Below are positions 1 to 11,990 of a stretch of 45,719 nucleotides of DNA, one piece after another. The stretch's first letter is position 1; each line of letters begins with the position of its first letter. The notes below the pieces were generated by a model. The model made no database searches. It saw nothing but the letters and a program-made list of their open reading frames with translations, and was not told where the DNA came from. Origin of the DNA: Octopus bimaculoides (lineage: Eukaryota); contig NC_068990.1 of assembly GCF_001194135.2 (NCBI RefSeq), positions 29,095,453 to 29,141,171 on the forward strand. The letters are read 5' to 3'. Position numbers and translations under genes: made by a program.

Positions 1-534
1 ATACATATAGTTAATATAATAAATGCGAAAACTAATTTCTGTGTTAATGTGTCACAATTAAACCCCCTCTCTTACTGTTCAATAACACTCCTACTATTCC
101 TCATGATGGGGTGAGAGTAATAGTAGGCATAGAGACAGTGAAAGCGGTGGTGTAGATGGACAGAGAGAGAAAGAAAAAGAGAGGAAGAGAAAGAGAGACA
201 AAGAAACTTGGGGAGAGTTGATGATGTTTTATTAATAGTAGCAGTGTTGATGGTAGCAGTAATAATGAAAGATGGAGAAAGTGTAGGTATGTGAGAGAAA
301 TAGGTAGATGATGTACAACATTCTTAAGCCATGTCTCTTTGACATAAATTGCCATATGCTGAATATTATCATTTTAGTGATGACTGCACCTTGTCCTTTT
401 TCATTATATTCCCCATCCTAAAAGAGGTCACCATCCTTGAACTCATATCTCATGCCAGAGCTATACAATGGTAAAGAACTAACTAAATAAATAAATGGCA
501 AAAAGCAATCCAAATTGAAAAGAAATCCCTCCAC

Positions 535-640
535 CTCTCTCTGTCTCTACCTATCTATCTGTCGATCGATTTATTTGTCTAACTATCTATCTATCAATTA
601 TCTACCTAACTATCTATCTACCTATCTATTAATCTATAAG
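535..640. repeat. Degenerate (TCTA)n microsatellite
   Basis: Imperfect tctatcta/tatc units truncating the LINE fragment to its right. Confidence 0.85.
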
Positions 641-644
641 CATC

Positions 645-1503
645 TACATCAATTAGTATACAAGTATTTTCTTCCCTGTCTTTAATAATTATGTCTGGTC
701 GATTAGCTTGGATCGTTCTGTCAGTGTTGACTGGAAAATCCCAGAGGATAGAAACATTTTTATCTTCAGTGACTGGCTCAGGATGATGTTCATACCAGTA
801 AGCAGGAGTGCGTGCTGATTGTGTAGTGTTTACATATTTTCCAGGTTAAATACTGTCCTACCCTACCGTGGCGATTTTTGTATTCGTTTGGTGTTAGCAC
901 AGGACATCCCGAGACAAGATGTCTATTGTTTCGTCAAAGGTGTCGCAGAATTTGCATTTCGGGTCAGAACCATTTTGAAGAACATTAGCCTTGTAGATTT
1001 TTGTGGGCAAGCTTTGGTCTTGTGTCGCAAATATGAAACATTCAGTCTCTACTTTCCGTCCTGAACATCTCAGCCACTGATGGGTTGTTCCTTGATCTAC
1101 ATCAGCATTTCGACTTCGAAGTATGCACTATCCAAACAAGGGCATCTGGCTCCACCGCACCTCAATTTCTTTCTGCCCCTTCTTTTTTGCAGTCTGCTTA
1201 ATCCATTTTGCTTGTTTTGTGGCAGTGGTTTCAGGTTCTGCAAGTATTTCAGGATTAATGCCAAGTTCTCTTCCGAATTTGCAAGCTTCCTTGACAATAG
1301 AATGTGATCTTTTGCTGCTTTCTTGTTTGCGCCACAAGTCACAGCGTCCATTCCTCTGTACTGGATAAGTTCCTGTTCATTCCTATTGTAGAGGTCTTAT
1401 AGGACAGTTCTACCTGCATTCTTTCTCTTCCACCATTACTTCTAGGTAGATACAGACGATGAACATCTGCTTTTGGATGTGCATGTTCTTAGAAGTTAGT
1501 AGT
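645..1503 (-). mobile_element. Decayed R4/Dong-like non-LTR retrotransposon, C-terminal part (post-RT region, zinc knuckle, start of restriction-like endonuclease)
   Basis: Manual minus-strand translation across stops/frameshifts: ADVHRLYLPRSNGGR...; QWLRCSGRKVETECFIFATQDQSLPTKIYKANVLQNGSDPKCKFCDTFDETID; CPVLTPNEYKNRHGRVGQYLTWKICKHY; WYEHHPEPVTEDKNVSILWDFPVNTDRTIQANRPDIIIKDREENTCILIDV. The RPD..ID motif is typical of RLE-type LINEs. Confidence 0.88.
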
Positions 1504-1504
1504 T

Positions 1505-1595
1505 TCCTTCTTCTTCTTCTTCTTCTTCTTCTTCTTCTTCTTCTTCTTCTTCTTCTTCTTCTTCTTCTTCTTCTCTTCTTCATCATCATCATCAT

Positions 1596-1633
<38 letters not shown>

Positions 1634-1672
1634 CCTTCTTTTCAGCATTGCCGTGTCATCATCATCACTATT
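1505..1672. repeat. Compound microsatellite (CTT)n-(CAT)n-(CTA)n
   Basis: Directly visible; source of poly-L/poly-Y/poly-R artefact ORFs. Confidence 0.95.
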
Positions 1673-1764
1673 ATTAATTGTACCAGCAGTACCAGGACTA
1701 TCGTTTCCACAACCAAGAACACTCCCTTAACAAAAGTGGTAATGGAGGAGGAAAAGAATGAGGA

Positions 1765-1769
1765 GGATT

Positions 1770-1824
<55 letters not shown>

Positions 1825-1883
1825 CGACGATGATGATGACGATGATGATGATGATGAAGATGACGATGATGATAACGATGATA

Positions 1884-1942
<59 letters not shown>

Positions 1943-1955
1943 GATGATGACAATG
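1765..1955. repeat. (GAT)n microsatellite with GAC/GAA/AAT interruptions
   Basis: Directly visible; source of poly-D/M/S ORFs. Confidence 0.95.
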
Positions 1956-2067
1956 ACATAGGAGATGGAAGAGGTATAAATTAGGTTAACTAGTGACTTA
2001 CTAAGAAAAAGTGAGGCAGAAGACACAAACAAATATAATATATGTGTGTATGTGTGCGACATACAGC

Positions 2068-2305
2068 AGAGGTCGATTTTTCCTTTCATCCTTTCGGGGT
2101 CGATAAATTAAGTACCAGTTGAGCACTGAGGTTGATGTGATCGACGGCCATTTACTTTCTGAGTTCAAATCACGGCAAAGTTACCTTCACCCTTTTATCC
2201 TTTCGGAAACGATAAATTAAAGTATCATTCTGAACGCTGGAGTCGATGTAATCGATATGCACCATTCCTCAAATTTTCTGGCCTTGTGCCAAAATTAGAA
2301 AATAT
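2068..2305 (+). mobile_element. Two adjacent 5'-truncated copies of SINE family A (central domain TTTCATCCTTTCGGGGTCGATAAA-AAGTACCAG)
   Basis: Central domain at ~2085-2120 and again, more decayed, at ~2195-2225; the second copy ends in the family tail GGCCTTGTGCCAAAATTAGAAA also seen at 36310-36330. Confidence 0.85.
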
Positions 2306-2654
2306 CTTCATCATCAAAATCATTATCATAAAGAAAATATGCGCACTACAATATACTACATATGGTGAGATGCTTCTTACACGCGCACATTTTTGGACTT
2401 AGCATCACCATACTTACACTCACACATGTACACACACAAACACACGGGACAACTGGTTCTCACCAACACAATTACAGATAGATACACACATACACATTTA
2501 TCGAACAATGGTAAGTATGCTCATCCACAGAAGTGTTTTCATGCTAAAACATACACACACTGACATTAATATACAAAGACACATAATACCGCATTTAAAT
2601 ACTCACACCTATACACATTTATAGAAAGAGGCTTGTATTAAAGCAAACACACTT

Positions 2655-2835
2655 AGGGGACGCACGCGGCGCATATCTACCGTTCGTCTGATTTAATGGG
2701 CCAGCGCCATCTGGCCGCCATTTTAAAATCACAGCAGGAGAAGAGTCGTCTTCTTTTAGTTTATCTTCAGAAATATAAATACACAAGAGGACGCCGTTCT
2801 ACTTCAACTGCCGCCACATAAAGAACAGGTAAAGC
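2655..2835 (+). promoter_or_regulatory. CpG-rich patch with overlapping CTCF-like and YY1-like motifs and a downstream splice-donor-like site; candidate promoter/first exon or insulator
   Basis: Minus strand 2717-2703 reads CGGCCAGATGGCGCT (CTCF core YAGRKGGCGC); GCCGCCATTTT at 2714-2724 (YY1 consensus); AG|GTAAAG at 2828/2829; local CpG excess (GACGCACGCGGCGC). Confidence 0.35.
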
Positions 2836-3044
2836 GTTGTTACTATTTGAGAAGAAATCTAGAGAAGAAAATTACTTTTTATTTCTTTCTCGCTGCATAA
2901 AAAATAATACAAAGACTGTGTCCATATATATNNNNNNNNNNNNNNNNNNNNNNNNNNNNNNNNNNNNNNNNNNNNNNNNNNNNNNNNNNNNNNNNNNNNN
3001 NNNNNNNNNNNNNNNNNNNNNNNNNNNNNNNNNNNNNNNNNNNN

Positions 3045-3109
<65 letters not shown>

Positions 3110-3183
3110 TATACATATATATCGTTGTATACAGATATAAATAATTACATGTATACACAACTACATACTTATGCGTAAAATTC

Positions 3184-3215
<32 letters not shown>

Positions 3216-3401
3216 ACGTGTCTGTGTGTGTGTGTGTATATGTATGTAAGTATATACATATATAATTAAATGCATAGAATAATATATTTATGCATATATA
3301 AACGCATAATTATAAATACATTTCTATTTAAACATGTATGTATGTATAATTACATGTATATATTTGTGTGTGTGTGTGCACGTAAATGCATAGTGTACAT
3401 A

Positions 3402-3466
<65 letters not shown>

Positions 3467-3534
3467 GCACATATATACATATACATATATGCATATATAT
3501 NNNNNNNNNNATATATAAATATATATAAACGTGC

Positions 3535-3580
<46 letters not shown>
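3045..3580. repeat. (TA)n/(TG)n microsatellite block with assembly gaps
   Basis: Directly visible; N-runs at 2932-3044 and 3501-3510. Confidence 0.95.
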
Positions 3581-3581
<1 letters not shown>

Positions 3582-5689
3582 TAACTTTAAAAAAACACAT
3601 AGAACTTTAAAAACACTATTTACAAGCAATAGCAGAACAGCAACAGCAACAACAACAACAACAACAACAACAGCAATATACATCGACAAGAGCATTAGTT
3701 TAAACAATAACAACATAAGCAACAATACCTATGACGTCAACAACAACAACAGCAATAAATAAATAAATTCGTAATGGATGAAATTGGCAGAAAATTTATA
3801 GTCCATTTGGTGAAAACGATTAAAATCTTTCATTCTTTATTTTTTTTTTTGTCGCTTGTTTTTATTTAGGCCTTATATAACTAAACTAGAGTAATTTAGT
3901 GATTTCTAATAGAGAATTTTTGTTTATCTTCTTCGTTTCCCCCACCGTCACTGCTGCCATTAATGGTGTTTCTTTTAAGAAAAATTATATATAAAATACA
4001 GGGACAGAAAAATAACTACAAATAAAGATAAAGAAGAAAGATAAACGTGTTAGGATTTCGGGCTTCGTTCAATGAAGTTTTTATTCATTTATTTTTCAAA
4101 TTTCTTTTTACTTTCTTCCTCTCTATTCATTCTTATTATTTTTTAAATTTTATTTTTGTTGTTTCTAATTCATTTACTTTCTTCTCCTTCTCCTTCTTAT
4201 TCTTCCTTTCCTTATTCATTCTCTTTTTCTTTTCTTCATCTCTTTTTCTTCTTCAGTTTTTCTTTTCAGCTTTTCCTCATCCGCTTTGTTGCCGTTGATG
4301 TTATTTTCCAGCATCTTTTTTCGATTTTCGTTTATACTACATCTTTTCTCTTCGTCCGTTTTCTTCATCTTTTCGCTTCGTCCTCTTGTTTTTTTCTCTT
4401 TCCTTATTCTTCTTCCTTCGTCTTGTGTTGTTGCTTTTCTTCATTCTTCTTCTTTTGCTTCTTTTTTTCTTCTCCTCCTCCTCCTCCCCTGCCTACTACT
4501 TCTATCTTGTTTTCCTATGATGATGCTGTTCTGAAACGTATTAACAAAATGTCGGACAGGGGGCGGACTGTTGACGAGGATGGTAGCTGTAGTTGTTCTG
4601 ATATGGTAGATGACGATGAAGGCGTTTGTAGTGTTGGTGTTGGTAATTGAAGTTGTTGTAGTTGGTGTTAATAATGAAGTTGGGTGGTGGTGGTGGAATT
4701 GGTGGAGATGGAGATGGTGATACTGAAGGTAATACGAGCAGTAAAACACCTAATTTCTTTTCGTTTAATCTCATTTTATCCGTTTGCTTGTCTTTCTTTG
4801 TTATGGGTATCTCATTTTAGTCATTATACATTGTTTTTGATGTTGGTATTGATGTTGTTGTTATTGGTGTTGTTATAGGTCGTTTTCTCAAGATGTAACA
4901 GTTCTGTGTTTGCTTGTTTGTTTTATTTTTGTTTTGTATTATTTTGTGGGGAGAGTGGTGGAAAGAAGGTGACATATATGAACGGTACGTATGTATGTGG
5001 TAGTGGAAAGCTTGTGTCAGCGTTTAAGTGTGTGTATGCTTACGTGTGGTTGGTGGATGCATATGTATATGCAAAACCATATATTGACTTACATGCATTT
5101 ATGTATGTGTGTATATACGTATTACATATGTATAACATAATATACACACGTACACAACTTTTCCGCATAGGTATGTACGCCTACGAACAGGTATATATGT
5201 GTGGTTGGGTACATGTATCTATGTATCGATATAGATAATATATAGGTCTGTGAATATAGATGTATTTGTGTGTGCGTGTGCACATGTGTGCACCTATGCA
5301 TGTATGTATGTGTGTTTGTATATTAGTTTATATATGTGGACGGCGTAAGTTGGCAGTTTTGCATCTGTCTGATAAAATCGGATATATTAATGAAAAGATG
5401 GTATTATTGCAACGATACAATGGCATATATGTAAAAAGAAATTAGTCGATATTTTCCCATTATAACAAAAGATTTTCTAATCATCTTTGTCAAGCTGTGC
5501 ATTACAAAAGATCACTTCGACTATCTTCTCACATCAACAAGATAGCTTCTCTTTTGCCTAGATACTTACTTGATCATTATAAAAGCCAAAACTCACATTG
5601 AACGTCTTCTATCGTTATTAAAATTGGGTTAGGTGTTTTGCCATAGATTTCTAGACGGCACGTTTCAGAATAAACACTTTATATGTATG

Positions 5690-5740
<51 letters not shown>

Positions 5741-5783
5741 NNNNNNNNNNNNNNNNNNNNNNNNNNNNNNNNNNNNNNNNNNN

Positions 5784-5957
5784 TAGCGGCATTTCTTCTA
5801 TGCTTACGTTCTAAGTTCATATTCCGTCGAGGTCGACTTTGTTTTTCATACTTTCGGGATCAATAAAATAAGTACTTGTTGAGGAGTGGAGGATGATGTG
5901 ATGGATTTACTCCTCACACGAAAATGCTGGCCTTGTGCCAACATTCGAAACCATTAC
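5784..5957 (+). mobile_element. SINE family A, 5' end lost in assembly gap
   Basis: TAGCGGCATTTC...GAGGTCGACTTTG.TTTTCATACTTTCGGGATCAATAAAATAAGTAC...GGCCTTGTGCCAACATTCGAAACCATTA, colinear with 36117-36332. Confidence 0.85.
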
Positions 5958-6865
5958 CTTCGTTTCTCCAGCGAGGCTAGTTTTAATAACCATTTGCTAA
6001 TTCTGATACATCACCTAGAGTAGAAGATAATTTTAAATAAAGCATGATAATACCAGAATTCTCAAAGACAGATATACCATTAACGAAACGGACAGGCTTA
6101 TTGACAGTCCAGCTCGACTGGACTATCAGCAGGTCGCAGCAAAGAAAAACAAAAATGCGGAATGATATTTAATACGAAACAGTGAAAGCAAAAAAGAGAA
6201 GACTCGTTGTTTTTTTATTTCATTTTTGTTTTGTTTTTTACTTCTAGATGGTGTGACATTGAAAATACAGTTTAATCTTTGTGCGCATTACATTTCGTTT
6301 TCGTTTCTTTGACAAACAGACTCTTAATTCCTTGGTTTAACATAATTATCAATTAAATACTGTTTTATTTGTTAAATATCTTTCTTGTTTTATATTTTCC
6401 TTTTTACCCCCTGAAATTTTCTCTTTATTAGTAACTCTCCTATCCAATGAATATTAATTCGTTCCCTAAAAGCAAACTGCTTCGGTAATTTACAATTGAA
6501 ATGCTCTGAAACTTTCCGAACAGCAACCATCAATTTCTATGAATTTTCCTTTTCATCTGAAATTTAAGAAACAATTTGCATAAATTTCCCAGAGTGCTGA
6601 AGAAGCAACTAATCATATCTCAACCTGGCGTACGAACAATGAATCAGAACAACTAAATAGTTAATACAGAGGCCTCAAGACAATAAATTACGTTTCTCTG
6701 TCGAAACTATTAGGACATCTGAAAAGAAAATTCGACAGATGTGCAGCTGTGTTTGCTGTGTATTACCTTACAGTATTATTGAATATAACTTCGCTTTTTC
6801 TCTGTTTCAGCTGATTTCTAACCAAATTCCAATTTTACGAGAAACCTACACACACATATGCACAA

Positions 6866-6872
<7 letters not shown>

Positions 6873-6951
<79 letters not shown>

Positions 6952-7005
6952 GGGGTAGGTGTGTGTGTATGTGTGTGTGTAGGTGTGTGTGTGTGTGTGT
7001 GTACA
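6873..7005. repeat. (TG)n microsatellite
   Basis: Directly visible. Confidence 0.95.
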
Positions 7006-7044
7006 TATAAAATTATATATACATATACATATATTTACATTTAT

Positions 7045-7660
7045 GAGTGATAGAGCAGTGCATGCCATCAAAGTGACACTGAGGTAAAATACACGAAGCC
7101 AAGTTTACCCATCATGACTACCCGTCAGATAAGAGTACACCAGGCACATGCATCACAACCATATTTGCACGACATGATGATCTCATATCAAGATAAATAG
7201 AGCATGAGCTTGCAGGTGGGGCCCGGTTAGAATTTTTTTCAGGTCGACTAGCCCATTCCGTTCAAAAGGTTTCTGAATAGGGGTTGCTTAAGGATGATGA
7301 ACAAAACACCCATGTTTCCAAAGGTGAATATCCAAGACCCAAAGAATTCCTCTCAACACATGACTATGATGACCCCCCCCCATAACTTCTCGTGATCAAA
7401 GATGTCCATATCGTCAGCCACTCAGGGACATGCTCAACTGGTGAAGGTCAAAGAGATAAACACAGACACAAAGACACAAACCCAATGATATATATGTATA
7501 TATACATATTCGAAGAGCTTCTTTCAGTGTCCGTCTACCAAATCCATTCATAAGGCTTTGGTCAGCCCAAAGCAAAAGAAGAAGATAGTCGTGCAAGGTG
7601 CCACGCAGTGGGACTGAACCCGGATCCATATGGTTGGGAAGCAAACAGCATACCACACAG
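7045..7660 (-). mobile_element. SINE family B head (tRNA-like plus CORE-like domain), short (TA)n linker, ~400-nt long tail
   Basis: 7510-7660 is the reverse complement of the head at 42560-42715; 7045-7450 matches 21577-21980. Confidence 0.85.
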
Positions 7661-8398
7661 CATGAAGTACTCATTTGTGCATGTGGTATTCTTGAAGGGG
7701 TACGTCCTACATAACTGTAATAAATGTGTCTGTTAGTAAATATATCTGTTAAAATGAGATGTCCCTGTTATTTTCATTCTTGCGCAATTTAGACAACATA
7801 TTCACCGCATCTTGTATACATATATATATATAAACACGTAACTAAACATACATAAATATATAATTCTCTATCTTTTTACATATGTACGTGTGTGTGTATG
7901 TAAGTATGTATGTATATATGTATAATTCCTGTGCCGTCTGTAGTCTGACATACTTCTGTTTTGCTGTCAAGCAAACATGATTATCTACAAAGCAGCTTTT
8001 ATTCGTTAGTTATATTTCGATCCTCGAGCTACTCAATACCTTCTTTTTCTTTCTCGCAATCACTCCTCCTTCCCTCCCTCTCTCTCTCTCTCTCTCTCTC
8101 CTTCTGTATAAGTATAATCTATATGCAAAGTTTTTCAAAATTTCAATTGGACCACAAATAACTAGTATGTAGAACTCCATGTGTTTATGTTTGTTCTTGC
8201 ATTCCCGTTTGTACTAAAGTAGTCACATGACTTGGTAGGTATCTCGAGTGTCGGAAAGTCACAGAGTACATTTACAAAACTAAACAAAACATGAGAAAAT
8301 GCTTATAAACATTTTAGAAAGTAATTATTATATTAACAATATCACGTGTTTCTTTCTTTTTTGTTATATATATATATATATATATATATATGGACAAA

Positions 8399-8520
<122 letters not shown>

Positions 8521-8639
8521 TTTTTTTTAATTTATATACAATGGGTAAATTATTGCCATGGGTAAATTATTGCCATTATATATTCTTAATTTTGCTCATG
8601 CACATTGTTTTTGATTTTATAGACTATACAGTATAGTAG

Positions 8640-8930
8640 GGTCAGTTGGGAATCGACTGTGAGAAAAACAGCACCATGACGCAATTGACTCTGCCAGAAA
8701 TTTGGAAACAACATGCTGTACTGTTTGGCATTCATGCTGGAAGCTCCAATACGGACATTTCAGAGTGTTTGGGTGTCAACCTGAGGACATTGCAATCTGA
8801 GGACATGTACCGAGAGTGATAAAGATCAAACAACCAGTCAACATCATGGTCTTTGGGGTGATCACTAGTGATGGCGATGTTATGCCTCCATTTGTCTTCC
8901 CACATGGCTTCAGATTCAACACGGATTCAT
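8640..8930 (+). mobile_element. Internally deleted Tc1/mariner-superfamily transposase remnant
   Basis: 8676: MTQLTLPEIWKQHAVLFGIHAGSSNTDISECLGVNLRTLQ (HTH-like) joined within ~25 nt to KIKQPVNIMVFGVITSDGDVMPPFVFPHGFRFN, which resembles the K.P..VMVWG.I...G..P..F segment of Tc1/maT-type catalytic domains. Confidence 0.72.
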
Positions 8931-9165
8931 GTGGCATATTATGTCATGACATAATATGTCACATGTGTTTGTATAATGTTATTATTGTCCTTTTTAGTAA
9001 ACAAATAAACAAGTAAATTGACCTAATACAATGTCTGCAAGTTGATGAATACCACCTATTAATCCCATCCATTAAGTTCTTCACCGATATTGGTGTTTAC
9101 ATACCGAATTGCTTGGTAAAAATTATAAATTATTAATTTATTAATAAATTGATATTCCTTTACCT

Positions 9166-9204
<39 letters not shown>

Positions 9205-9535
9205 CATAATAGGGTAAAAAAATTCGGTATTAATTAATATCAATTTAATGCCAGGAAACTAGCACGTTAAAAGAATCAGAAGGTTCAGAAAAAAATTTTC
9301 CGAGATCCTAAGAGGATTATAGTACGTGTGTATATAAAAACGACCAGTAACTGGTCTGTCAATATGCTAGAAAAAGATCACTTAAAAATTCTTCTGCAAA
9401 TTTAAGATGTATAGAAATCTTGCTTTATGAGACGCTATCATACGTTAAATTCAAATTACGATGAACGTAAACAAACAAACGAAGTTTGCTTTTAGAAGCG
9501 TTGAGATGTCTTAGAAAGTTAAAGAAGTGATTTTA

Positions 9536-9819
9536 AATTCTCCAACGCAGGATAATGCTAATAATTTAGCCTGAACAGGATAAGATACCCCTATTTTGCA
9601 GAAAAAAGTCTCAAAAAGCGAGATTTCTGTACATCTTAAATTTGCAGAAGAATTTGTGGTGGGGCAGTTTAGCTTAATCGGTCTAGAGCACCGCGAGGCG
9701 TAATCATAGAGGTGTGAGTTCGAATCTCATAGCTAGCTGCCTACACTTTTTTTCTGCAAAATAGGGGTATCTTATCCTGTTCAGGCTATATTATTAGCAT
9801 TATCCTGCGTTTGAGAATT
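9536..9819. mobile_element. MITE-like element with ~75-bp terminal inverted repeats, flanked by TA
   Basis: 9535-9609 versus 9745-9820 are reverse complements with 2 mismatches and 1 extra T; TA at 9534-9535 and 9820-9821. Confidence 0.8.
9663..9741 (+). pseudogene. tRNA-like cassette inside the MITE (anticodon arm disrupted)
   Basis: Acceptor stem GGCAGTT/AGCTGCC, D stem GCTT/GAGC, T arm GTGAG-TTCGAAT-CTCAT; A box at 9670-9681, B box at 9718-9726; anticodon stem does not pair; 4-nt AGCT duplication before the 3' acceptor strand. Confidence 0.75.
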
Positions 9820-9884
9820 TATATATATATGTATATATATACTTATATATCTGTATGTATGTATTGGTATATTTAATAAATATG

Positions 9885-9915
<31 letters not shown>

Positions 9916-10268
9916 ACTGGTATATCTAATAAGTACACATACACGCACGCGCCCGTCTTTACTATATATAGAAATTTTGTATAAATGAAAATTTATTAGA
10001 CAGAGTTTTACATAGTTCTCTTCTACGATTAATAGTTTTTCATACAATGCAACTTGTATAATACCTGTCAAACATCTTTTGGAGATAACTTCATATCTGC
10101 TCCGGCAGTACCGCCTCATACCCATGTACGTATATGTATATATGTGTATATATGTGCATATACTTTTATGTATGCATGTGCGTATGTTTGTCTCTGTGTG
10201 TGTCTGTGTATGCATTTATGTATGTAAGTACATATATGTATGTGTGTATGTGCATGTATATATGTGTG

Positions 10269-10313
<45 letters not shown>

Positions 10314-11647
10314 NNNNNNNNNNNNNNNNNNNNNNNNNNNNNNNNNNNNNNNNNNNNNNNNNNNNNNNNNNNNNNNNNNNNNNNNNNNNNNNNNNNNNNN
10401 NNNNNNNNNNNNNNNNNNNNNNNNNNNNNNNNNNNNNNNNNNNNNNNNNNNNNNNNNNNNNNNNNNNNNNNNNNNNNNNNNNNNNNNNNNNNNNNNNNNN
10501 NNNNNNNNNNNNNNNNNNNNNNNNNNNNNNNNNNNNNNNNNNNNNNNNNNNNNNNNNNNNNNNNNNNNNNNNNNNNNNNNNNNNNNNNNNNNNNNNNNNN
10601 NNNNNNNNNNNNNNNNNNNNNNNNNNNNNNNNNNNNNNNNNNNNNNNNNNNNNNNNNNNNNNNNNNNNNNNNNNNNNNNNNNNNNNNNNNNNNNNNNNNN
10701 NNNNNNNNNNNNNNNNNNNNNNNNNNNNNNNNNNNNNNNNNNNNNNNNNNNNNNNNNNNNNNNNNNNNNNNNNNNNNNNNNNNNNNNNNNNNNNNNNNNN
10801 NNNNNNNNNNNNNNNNNNNNNNNNNNNNNNNNNNNNNNNNNNNNNNNNNNNNNNNNNNNNNNNNNNNNNNNNNNNNNNNNNNNNNNNNNNNAGGAAAGAG
10901 ACACACTAAACCCCATAGAATTGCCATCTTTACCATTATGGACTTTTTCCATAGATCAACGCCAAACAAATACAACGCTGTTGAATATCCGCTGACAAAA
11001 ACTCCAAGAGAATTCTAAATCTTCAGATCACGTGACATATTGGAATGTCTGTGGCTTTTCAGTCCAAAAGTTTATAAGTGTGTCATCGGAACTGATAAAC
11101 TGACAGCTAGATTTGTAGCTCTCTTGTGTTTTGTGATTTGTCTTTCGAGAAAATATCTTTGACCAAGAATTCTCGAAAATGTAACACGAATACGAGAGCA
11201 TCGAATATAAATGGTACTTCATGTATGTTGTGTATCTTCTTCTTCTTCTTCTTCTTCTTCGTATTCTTCGTATTCTTCTCTTGCTTCTTCCTTTTTTTTC
11301 TCCCGGCAAAACCCGTTTCCCTAAATAACCAGTTCTATATTTCTAGCAATAGAACGGGAATATCTGTATTTTGTGAAATTTATTAAAAAGAGAGGCGAAT
11401 CGTTATGTTATTGTTTATTTAGTCCTTATTTATGCAACAATAAATTCTAGGAAAGTGCTGTATGTCTGGTTTACGGGTAACTGAAAACGGCGATGAGAGA
11501 TTTAGCCAACATTCCATCAAAGAATTGTGTTAAACAATCAGAAACGTGCAGACAACAAACAGAAAAAACGGGAAATATAAAAATTTGCAATAGTGTTCAT
11601 TGAATTTAAATCGAAAATACAATGACATTTGCGTATGAATTAAGAAG

Positions 11648-11990
11648 AACGGTTTCCGTAGCACTTACCAAACATATGGTTCCGGGTTCAAACCCATTAC
11701 GTAGTTCTGTAGACAAGAGTCTTCTCTATTATAACTTCGGCCGATCAAAGCTTTGTGAGCGGATTTGCTAGAAGGAAACTGGGGGTGTGGGGGGTGTTTA
11801 TCCTCCACCACCGCTTGACAACCGATGTTGGTTTGTTTACCTTCCCTTAAGTTAGCGGTTCAACAAATCTGACCGATAGAATAAGTACCAGGCTTTAAAG
11901 AAAATAAGTTCCAGGCCCGATTCATTCGAATGAAAATTTCTCAAAGAGTTGCCCCAGCATGGCCGTAGTCTAATGACTGAAACAAGTAAA
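11648..11990 (+). mobile_element. SINE family B (head plus short tail), decayed, almost no internal microsatellite
   Basis: Colinear with 42551-43001: GGTTCCGGGTTCAAACCC...CAAAGCTTTGTGAGCGGATTTG...CCGCTTGACAACCGATG...GATAGAATAAGTACCAGG...CAGCATGGCCG...GACTGAAACAAGTAAAAG. Confidence 0.85.

Noticed and set aside
4050-4880. ORFs of 60-164 aa in the pyrimidine-rich and GTT/GGT-rich block
   Set aside because: Decayed (CTT)n and (GTT)n-type repeats; no domain, no convincing splice sites.
6053-6170. Protein-looking frame ILKDRYTINETDRLIDSPARLDYQQVAAKK with a 7-bp hairpin (AGTCCAG/CTGGACT)
   Set aside because: Short, weak acceptor, no recognised family; compatible with chance.
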